NCBI GenBank assembly: GCA_048882385.1
Contig: JBHLRQ010000079.1
Span: forward strand, 1 to 14,959
Reading direction: 5' to 3'
DNA length: 14,959 bases
DNA from: Candidatus Thorarchaeota archaeon
Lineage (GTDB): Archaea > Asgardarchaeota > Thorarchaeia > Thorarchaeales > Thorarchaeaceae
Both the position numbers and the translations under genes were made by a program. Positions within the stretch are counted from its first letter, which is position 1; every line of letters begins with the position of its first letter. Under the pieces are notes generated by a model. It saw nothing but the letters and a program-made list of their open reading frames with translations, was not told the origin of the DNA and did no database searches. Below are positions 1 to 6,723 of this stretch, piece by piece.

Positions 1-1
1 G

Positions 2-127
2 GAGCTGGAAGATTTTGGTGTGAGTGATGAAACCGAACTGAAAGCTGATAAGAAACTACAGGATGAAGATGATCTTCCACTTGCTCTGGAGGAGCTTATC
101 GAAAATGACCGCATAACATGGGTTTGA
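2..127 (+). CDS. 3' end of an unidentified acidic protein (runs off the left edge)
   Basis: Frame +2 is open from base 2: ELEDFGVSDETELKADKKLQDEDDLPLALEELIENDRITWV, stop TGA at 125-127, followed by an AT-rich intergenic segment. Confidence 0.75.
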   Translation, partial: ELEDFGVSDETELKADKKLQDEDDLPLALEELIENDRITWV

Positions 128-155
128 GTCATTATTGGCGCGCTAACATGTTGTA

Positions 156-163
156 TTTATATA
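156..163 (+). promoter_or_regulatory. Putative archaeal TATA box
   Basis: TTTATATA matches the archaeal TTTAWATA consensus and lies about 50 nt upstream of the ATG at 214. Confidence 0.5.
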
Positions 164-213
164 AAGGAATTTAATACGAAATCATACAGCCGGCAAAAAA
201 TAGAGGATTTCTC

Positions 214-450
214 ATGTCTACGAGGGAACAGGAACTCGCAAAAATTGCGAAGATGTATACTAAGTATCTTAATGGACCCCTTGGTAACGGTGTGATGGAC
301 CACCTGAAAGAGGGAGAGAGTTTTACAATCCGATCACAAGATGAAACGCTTGAAATTCTCAAAATACAAGGGAAAGCAGTTGTTAGAGTGATAGATTCAT
401 CTGTTCAGACAAAACATACCACTAATCACGCCCCTCATAATGCACATTGA
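214..450 (+). CDS. Small hypothetical protein (78 aa), alpha/beta pattern, His-rich C-terminal tail
   Basis: ATG preceded by GAGGA; amphipathic helix then alternating beta pattern; fills the gap between neighbours. No family recognised. Confidence 0.7.
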   Translation: MSTREQELAKIAKMYTKYLNGPLGNGVMDHLKEGESFTIRSQDETLEILKIQGKAVVRVIDSSVQTKHTTNHAPHNAH

Positions 451-515
451 TTTTTCACCAAAACAAAGCGAATATAACAGCTTAATGCAGGATAAAAAAT
501 CAGGACGTGTACTAG

Positions 516-1163
516 ATGGTTGTGGAAATGGATGACGCAACTCGTGAACAAGTACGAGAGATGTTCAATGAACTGACTAACGATGTAACCCTCCACCTAT
601 TTATCAAAGACCATAATTGTCTGTATTGCAATGATGTAAAGGATATGGCTGAACAGGTTGCTGAACTATCTGACAAGGTCAAAGTAAATGAACACAAAGG
701 TTCCCTGGATGCTGAAATTGCCAAAGATATGGGAGTGGAACACACTCCTGCAATTGTGATTCACGGAAAGAAGCCCTATAACGTGAAGTTCTATGGAATT
801 CCTGCAGGTCACGAATTTGGTTCACTTATAGGAACCATCATTGATGCATCAAATGGAACAGCACCACTTCCGTCAGATATAGTTGAAGATATTGCATCCA
901 TAGAGAAGCCAATCCATATCAAAGTCTTCGTGACACCTCAGTGTCCATACTGTCCGAATATGTCTCGTCTAAGCAATCAAGCTGCAATCATAAATCCACT
1001 GATTTCTTCGGAAACCATTGAGTCCTTGGAATTCCAAGAACTGACGAATAAGTATGAGGTATTCGGTGTTCCTAAAACAATACTCAACGAAACGGTCACT
1101 ATTGAAGGGTTATCGCCAATTGAGATGTTCGTTGAGAAGTTATTTGAAGCAGAAGGTAATTGA
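516..1163 (+). CDS. Protein disulfide oxidoreductase (PDO; two thioredoxin folds, AhpF N-terminal-domain-like)
   Basis: Two CxxC sites (CLYC, CPYC), the PDO signature FYGIPAGHEF, FVTPQCPYCP, and cis-Pro loops (TPA, VPK). An alternative start is the ATG at 528. Confidence 0.93.
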   Translation: MVVEMDDATREQVREMFNELTNDVTLHLFIKDHNCLYCNDVKDMAEQVAELSDKVKVNEHKGSLDAEIAKDMGVEHTPAIVIHGKKPYNVKFYGIPAGHEFGSLIGTIIDASNGTAPLPSDIVEDIASIEKPIHIKVFVTPQCPYCPNMSRLSNQAAIINPLISSETIESLEFQELTNKYEVFGVPKTILNETVTIEGLSPIEMFVEKLFEAEGN

Positions 1164-1208
1164 CTCGCAATTCAAAATGAATATTAGAGAAGATTGAACT
1201 CCAGGGTT

Positions 1209-1487
1209 ATGGAAACTCAATCTTTTGTCATAATGCTTAGACCAGCAAATGATTATGGCATTCCAGAAACAGAACAACGTGTTGCAAAACATTTTGAATA
1301 TCTTCAGAAACTTCACAAGGAAGGCATACTAATAATGGCAGGACGATTCTCTGAGGTTCTCATCGGCCTCGTAATGATTGAAACTAGATCGAGAGATGAG
1401 GCACTTGAGATAATGAAAAATGATCCTGCAGTCAAGTCAGGTATCTTTCATGCTGAGTTGTATCCATGGAGAATCGCACTCAAATAG
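1209..1487 (+). CDS. YciI family protein (dimeric alpha-beta barrel)
   Basis: Motifs H-x-x-YL-x-x-L...G.L.MAG.F and ...DPAV..G....E..PW are typical of YciI. ATG 1209 is preferred over TTG 1194. Confidence 0.85.
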   Translation: METQSFVIMLRPANDYGIPETEQRVAKHFEYLQKLHKEGILIMAGRFSEVLIGLVMIETRSRDEALEIMKNDPAVKSGIFHAELYPWRIALK

Positions 1488-1494
1488 TTCTAGG

Positions 1495-2433
1495 CTATTT
1501 GTCATCTTGGCAAGTGAACACGAATTCGTTCTCATTGACATATTTGTATGCTTGATATGCAGCATGAACTCCTTCACTAACACCGGTTATTGCCTGCTTG
1601 AATTCACTGTCTACAACATCACCTGCCGCGTAAAGACCTTCGATGTTAGTGCGGCTTGAACGGTCAATCTTGATTTCGCATTTTTCATTGAGCTCAACGC
1701 CTAGTTTCTTGGCAAGATCCGAATACGGAATTCCGCCTATGGCAATAAAGACGCCATCAAGCGGAAGTATATCTGAGCCATTGTAGGGATTATCTAGTTT
1801 CACGCCTGCTACCTTCTGGTCTCCAATGATTTCAATGACATTGGTTTTAGTGATTATCTCAATTTTTGGCTCATTGTCAATACGTCGACCATTTACAGGC
1901 TCTGGCCTAATCTTTTCTCTTCTGTAGATCATGTAGACCTTTGGGCAATACTTTGCGAGTAGTAATGCTTCTTTTGCTGCACTATCACTCCCACCAACTA
2001 CAGCAACTACTTTATCTTTATAGAGAGGCGCGTCGCATAGAGCGCAGTAACTAACGCCACGATTTTTCAATTTCTCGTGACCTGGAACCTCGAGTTCTTT
2101 TTCTTTCATTCCAGTTGCGATAAGGATTGATTTTGCTAGGAATGTTTTATTCTCAGTCACGACATAGAAGTAATTCTCTTTGTTTCGAAATATATCCACA
2201 ACTGTTCCAGTTTCAATAAGAACTGGATAATCCAAGGCATGTTCTTTCAGTTTGTCAGCAAGCTCTTGACCAGTCAGTTGTATAAATCCGGGATAGTTTG
2301 CTACATCATCCGTCAAGGTGATTGTGCCACCATCAACATTGCCAATCACTGCAACTCTCAAGTCAAGACGAGCAGCATACATTGCAGCACCAAATCCAGT
2401 CACACCAGAACCAATTATCACAAGATCGTACAT
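1495..2433 (-). CDS. trxB: Low-molecular-weight thioredoxin-disulfide reductase (FAD)
   Basis: YDLVIIGSG FAD motif, NYPG, IATG, RGVSYCALCDAP active site, VAVVGGSDSA, TNIEGLYAAGD, KQAI. Likely start is ATG 2433 (MYDLVII) rather than GTG 2445. Confidence 0.95.
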   Translation of the reverse strand: MYDLVIIGSGVTGFGAAMYAARLDLRVAVIGNVDGGTITLTDDVANYPGFIQLTGQELADKLKEHALDYPVLIETGTVVDIFRNKENYFYVVTENKTFLAKSILIATGMKEKELEVPGHEKLKNRGVSYCALCDAPLYKDKVVAVVGGSDSAAKEALLLAKYCPKVYMIYRREKIRPEPVNGRRIDNEPKIEIITKTNVIEIIGDQKVAGVKLDNPYNGSDILPLDGVFIAIGGIPYSDLAKKLGVELNEKCEIKIDRSSRTNIEGLYAAGDVVDSEFKQAITGVSEGVHAAYQAYKYVNENEFVFTCQDDK

Positions 2434-2437
2434 TCCA

Positions 2438-2680
2438 TCACACACCTAATTTCCGTTTTATTTTCCGCTCTGTTCTTCTATCATATCCGATGAAGAAGTC
2501 ACCATCGATGATTGTCACTGGTATAGCCATTTGGCCAGTGACCTCCTGTAGCTCTTCAATTATGTCTAGAGAAGTGAGAACACATTTCTCCTCAATCTCT
2601 ACATTATTCTCTTGTAAGAAAGACTTGACTTTCTGTGAGTGAGGACATTCTGGTGCTGTATAAACAACTGCTTTTGTCAT
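2438..2680 (-). CDS. Glutaredoxin/NrdH-like redoxin with monothiol CPHS site
   Basis: VYT..CPHS.KVK.FL, GQMAIPV cis-Pro motif and IGYD end are typical of NrdH/Grx. Its stop lies 4 nt before the trxB ATG. Start is ATG 2680 or 2692. Confidence 0.88.
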   Translation of the reverse strand: MTKAVVYTAPECPHSQKVKSFLQENNVEIEEKCVLTSLDIIEELQEVTGQMAIPVTIIDGDFFIGYDRRTERKIKRKLGV

Positions 2681-2821
2681 ACTCGAATTCATCCTGTTGT
2701 ATTATGGACGGCTCTGTTGTTACAGTTATCATTGATATAGATTATGAAGCGTGTCCCCTTGAGAACACCCTTAAGTAGACGTCGTTCTTTTTTGTTTATA
2801 GATATCTGGAGTGAACCAGAC

Positions 2822-3298
2822 ATGAACAAGGACGAAACTCTTGCTTTCATTGACAAACAGATTGATCTTGAACTGAAAATTGTCAAGATTGTTGAAGAGA
2901 ACGTTGCTCAGCTTGGGAATGCGTTTGTTAAAGATCTTCTTCTTGCTGTTTCAACAGACTCAAAGAAACATGCTGCCCTACTCAAATCCCTCAGAAAAGC
3001 TGTTGAAGGACCAACCCCCTTCATCAGCGAAGGTGAGCGCGACAAGATTGCGAAAGGTATTGCCACCCATATTAAGATGGAAGAACAAGCAGTCGAAACC
3101 TATGGTGAACTCGCTGAGAAAAGTGATAACGAGCAGGTCAAGACTATTGCAATGATGATTCGTGAAGATGAACTCAGACACCATGCTTTACTAAAAGAAC
3201 TTCACAAGGCAGTCATTGAACCTGAAACACTTACTGAAGATCTGATTTGGGATGTTATGTGGAAGGATTCTCCTTGGAAAGGCAGTCCTGGTGGGTAA
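2822..3298 (+). CDS. Ferritin-like / rubrerythrin-superfamily four-helix-bundle protein
   Basis: Duplicated helix pairs E...DSKKH and E...Y...DELRHH. ATG 2822 follows the SD GGAGTGA (2808-2814); the longer ORF from 2744 crosses the divergent promoter region. Confidence 0.85.
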   Translation: MNKDETLAFIDKQIDLELKIVKIVEENVAQLGNAFVKDLLLAVSTDSKKHAALLKSLRKAVEGPTPFISEGERDKIAKGIATHIKMEEQAVETYGELAEKSDNEQVKTIAMMIREDELRHHALLKELHKAVIEPETLTEDLIWDVMWKDSPWKGSPGG

Positions 3299-3458
3299 TT
3301 ATTCTGGAGCATATCTGTCAACAATCGTGAATCGTTTTCCAATGGAGTTTACAGGAATCACAATCATGTTTTGATTTTCTTGCGCTACCCGTATCCTTAT
3401 GTTAGAAAAGAAGAACCTAAGCAGTAGCTAGGGATTATGATACAGAGAGGAAAATCTG

Positions 3459-5360
3459 ATGACAGTAGAAGATGTGAAGCGAACAGACAAAGGACCAGCT
3501 TTAATGTTGGCTAATGAAGCTGTTGTACGAGGTGCTCTCGAAGCGGATGTGAAAATCGTAGCATTTTATCCTGGTTCTCCAACCTCAGAAATCTTGGACA
3601 CCTTTGGTGAAGTGCTTGAGCATTTCAAAGACTACAAGATGCATATCGCGGCGAACGAGAAGGTCGCACTTGAAACAGTTGCAGGGGCGTCCATGGCTGG
3701 AATGAGATCTTTCACCTCAATGAAGAGTGTTGGAATGAATGTAGCAAGTGATTCTATGTTTAGCATAGGCTATACAGGATTGAACTCAGGTTGCGTATGC
3801 TTGATTGCTGATGATCCATATGCACATTCATCTCAGTCAGAACAGGATGGAAGGTACTTTGGTGAAGCCGCATATGTACCAATGTTGGAACCATCGACAG
3901 CTCAGGAAGCTCTTGATATGACAAAGTGGGCTTTCGAGGTTTCTGAAAAACACCGAACTCTGGTCATCATTCGTACAACCACACGAGTGAATCACCAGAG
4001 AGGTATAGTTGACCTAGGAAGGCTAGAACGCACTCCTTTCAAAAAGAACAAATGGTCTGATGTCAAGGGACAATATTTCACTGTTGGATCTATAGCTCGT
4101 GCATTGAAAGAGAAGCTGCTTGAAAAGAAGATAGCAATTCAGAAGGATTTTGAAAACACTGATTTCAATATGGTTGTCCCTGGCAATGGTAAAGTAGGAG
4201 TCCTTACTGCTGGTGTATGTTACCTTCATGTCAAAGAAGCAATGCAAAATTTGAATCTTAAATTGCCCATCTTCAAACTAGGCACTTTGTTTCCTCTTCC
4301 CGAAAAGAAACTCTCACAGTTTTTGAAATTACTCTCAACACTTATTGTTGTGGAAGAACTCACCCCCTACCTCGAAACGCGAATCGCCGCACTCGCACAT
4401 ACAGCCAATCCCAACTTGAATATAATCGGAAAACGTAGTGGCCATTTCAGTGAGATGCTTGAATACAATGTACCCATTGTAGAAAAAGTATTGGCCGAAG
4501 TCACTGATAGTAAGCTCAGTATGGACTATGATGAAGTTCTGAAGAATGCCAATAAGCTAAAAGAGATACTTCCATCAAGACCTCCCATTTTCTGTCCAGG
4601 ATGTCCGCACCGGGGGACACTCTGGGCGTTTAGACAGGCACTACAGCAGCTCAGAATCAGAGATAATATTGTATTCAACAATGACATAGGTTGCTACTCA
4701 ATGGCTTTCTTACCACCTAATGAATTTTCAGACTCAATGTTAGCGATGGGAGCCTCGCTGGGAGTGTCTGCTGGAATGGAAATGGCACTTGAGGACAAGG
4801 TCATCGCAATGGTTGGCGACAGTACCCTCTACCACGCAGCTCTTCCAGGAATCGTAAATCTCATTCATCATAATTCGAATGTGACATTGTTCGTTCTTGA
4901 CAACTCCGTGACTGCAATGACGGGTCAGCAATTCAATCCTAACTCGCCATTCAATGCAGGGGGCCAACCTGCAAGAAAAATCAACATGGAGAAAATGTTT
5001 GAAGCATTGGGTGCCGATAAAATCGTAATAATGGATCCCTACGAAACACGAGACTGTATTGGACAAATCAAGGAAGCCATTGAAGCAGATGGATTCAACG
5101 TGATCATCTCTCGGAGAGAGTGTGCACTGTATGGCGACCGTGAGAAGAAAAAACGCGGAGAAAAGATAGTTCCAGGCGAGAATGTCAAGGACACCTGTCG
5201 TGGAATCTATGCCTGCGTTCGAGAATTCTACTGCCCCGCAATCACAATAGATGAATCTGATGCCAAGATGATTATACAGAGAGACCTATGTGATGGTTGT
5301 CTTGAGTGTCGCCAAGTCTGCCCTGTTGATGCTCCTCGTCATATGGAGGTGAAGAGATGA
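3459..5360 (+). CDS. iorA: Indolepyruvate:ferredoxin oxidoreductase alpha subunit
   Basis: ANEAVVRG, YPGSPTSEI, ANEKVALE, MKSVGMNVASD, DDP..HSSQSEQD, RPP.FCPGCPHR, DIGCY, TPP motif GDST...LDN..TAMTG, and a C-terminal ferredoxin domain. Confidence 0.96.
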   Translation: MTVEDVKRTDKGPALMLANEAVVRGALEADVKIVAFYPGSPTSEILDTFGEVLEHFKDYKMHIAANEKVALETVAGASMAGMRSFTSMKSVGMNVASDSMFSIGYTGLNSGCVCLIADDPYAHSSQSEQDGRYFGEAAYVPMLEPSTAQEALDMTKWAFEVSEKHRTLVIIRTTTRVNHQRGIVDLGRLERTPFKKNKWSDVKGQYFTVGSIARALKEKLLEKKIAIQKDFENTDFNMVVPGNGKVGVLTAGVCYLHVKEAMQNLNLKLPIFKLGTLFPLPEKKLSQFLKLLSTLIVVEELTPYLETRIAALAHTANPNLNIIGKRSGHFSEMLEYNVPIVEKVLAEVTDSKLSMDYDEVLKNANKLKEILPSRPPIFCPGCPHRGTLWAFRQALQQLRIRDNIVFNNDIGCYSMAFLPPNEFSDSMLAMGASLGVSAGMEMALEDKVIAMVGDSTLYHAALPGIVNLIHHNSNVTLFVLDNSVTAMTGQQFNPNSPFNAGGQPARKINMEKMFEALGADKIVIMDPYETRDCIGQIKEAIEADGFNVIISRRECALYGDREKKKRGEKIVPGENVKDTCRGIYACVREFYCPAITIDESDAKMIIQRDLCDGCLECRQVCPVDAPRHMEVKR

Positions 5361-5992
5361 GCAAGTCAAATGATACATTCAACATTATGTTCGCCGGTGT
5401 TGGTGGTCAGGGTCTCATGCTTCTTTCCGCAATACTCGGAAAGGCAGCAGTGGACTCAGGTTTCAAGGTAATGACTGGAGAACAGCACGGGCTCTCACAG
5501 AGACAGGGATCAATCTATGTTCACTTCAGAATTGGAGAACCAATCTCACCATTGATTCCATACGGAAAAGCAGACATGATGATTGCAATGGAGGCAAGTG
5601 AAGCTCTTAGGTATGTAGAATATTTGAAGGAGGATGGTGTTGTCATTATGAGCAATAGGATCATGCCCTCAGTTACTGAAACTGAAGTAGTTGCTCTTGA
5701 CAAGTCCAAGAAAACCAAGTATCTGACAGTAGAGAAGATTGTTGAACAGCTTCAGAAAGTCACAAAGAATGTTGTGCTCCTCGATTCACTTGGGTTAGCT
5801 ATCCAGGCTGGAAATGCTCGAACTGAGAATTCCGTTCTTGTTGGGGCAACAGTTGCATGCAAGGATTTCCCAATTCCTGCTGAAGAGGTTCGAAAGGCTG
5901 TACTTGCTCTTGTTCCGCCCAAGACCGTTGACGCTAACTCTCGAGCATTTGACCTTGGGAAAGATGCAGGGGGAGCATGTTTGAGTTCCTAA
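5357..5992 (+). CDS. iorB: Indolepyruvate:ferredoxin oxidoreductase beta subunit
   Basis: GVGGQG, E.HGLSQR.GS, SPLIP.G.AD, E..EALR, N..AF..G; ATGA overlap with iorA and a perfect SD GGAGGTGA. Confidence 0.95.
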   Translation: MSKSNDTFNIMFAGVGGQGLMLLSAILGKAAVDSGFKVMTGEQHGLSQRQGSIYVHFRIGEPISPLIPYGKADMMIAMEASEALRYVEYLKEDGVVIMSNRIMPSVTETEVVALDKSKKTKYLTVEKIVEQLQKVTKNVVLLDSLGLAIQAGNARTENSVLVGATVACKDFPIPAEEVRKAVLALVPPKTVDANSRAFDLGKDAGGACLSS

Positions 5993-6102
5993 TACACGGA
6001 TATAATATGGATTTGACCCAAATAATCATTAAAAGACCCGTGTTCAAAGAACAGTTGGGGCGAACCATAAGATACAGGATATTTAGTGTGAGTGATTGAA
6101 AC

Positions 6103-6624
6103 TTGCCATATGAACATTCTCCAGAAGAGAGGCTTAAGCGATATAAGGCAAGTCTAGAAAAGATGGCAAAAGAGGAAGGAAGGAATCTCAAAACCACTTC
6201 TCAGGATAAGAAGAGCTCCGATTCTCCTTCAAAAGGAACAACTTCCACAAGAACAGAAGTTGAAAAGACTGTTAAGAAAGTTAGTAGACCAAAACCGCCC
6301 CAGGTCACAGTAAGTCCTGCAAAGAAGGAACTCAGAGAATCGATTGCTACAGTTAGAAAATCAACCAAGTCACTGAGTGAATCAAAAATAAAGGAGATAG
6401 ATGGTCGCAATCTCTTGATGCTCAAGGTCAGAGCACGCTCAATTGAGAGTTCTCTTCAAGACATAAAGAAACGAAGAGAAACACTCGAGGCACAACTTAG
6501 AAGCAAATTCATCTCAAAAAAACAATATCAGGAAGAGATGACTGCCCTTGTGGCTGAAGGGAGAAGACTACTTGTAGAAAAAGAACGAGTCGATAAGGAG
6601 ATGGCTCGTTTGAAACGAGAATGA
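6103..6624 (+). CDS. Basic hypothetical protein: N-terminal helix, S/T/K-rich linker, C-terminal coiled coil/helical hairpin
   Basis: TTG start after the SD-like GAGTGA; heptad pattern over the last about 75 aa; composition read from the translation. Confidence 0.75.
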   Translation: MPYEHSPEERLKRYKASLEKMAKEEGRNLKTTSQDKKSSDSPSKGTTSTRTEVEKTVKKVSRPKPPQVTVSPAKKELRESIATVRKSTKSLSESKIKEIDGRNLLMLKVRARSIESSLQDIKKRRETLEAQLRSKFISKKQYQEEMTALVAEGRRLLVEKERVDKEMARLKRE

Positions 6625-6723
6625 ACTTTCTGACGCCCCTTTAAGTCCTCTTAGATAGTGTGGAGAGGTTTTCTATATCATATATAATAACTAAAGTGGA
6701 TTAAGCGGGAAGGAGTTTGGAAT

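Noticed and set aside
1161-2440. Sec read-through at the TGA stops of PDO (1161-1163) and Grx (2438-2440)
   Set aside because: Both stops fall at the normal family C-terminus, and the read-through sequences are short or are off-frame trxB.
2744-2821. 26-aa N-terminal extension of the ferritin-like ORF
   Set aside because: It spans the divergent promoter region; the SD sits before ATG 2822, and the extension does not look like part of the fold.
3393-3436. Hairpin with a purine-rich loop upstream of iorA (ATCCTTA/TAGGGAT, TTAG/CTAA)
   Set aside because: Weak, AT-rich and bulged; it overlaps the probable BRE/TATA region and so is probably not fully transcribed.
5994-6043. Inverted repeat ACACGG...CCGTGT after iorB
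   Set aside because: Only 6 bp with a long unpaired spacer and no T-tract; expected by chance.
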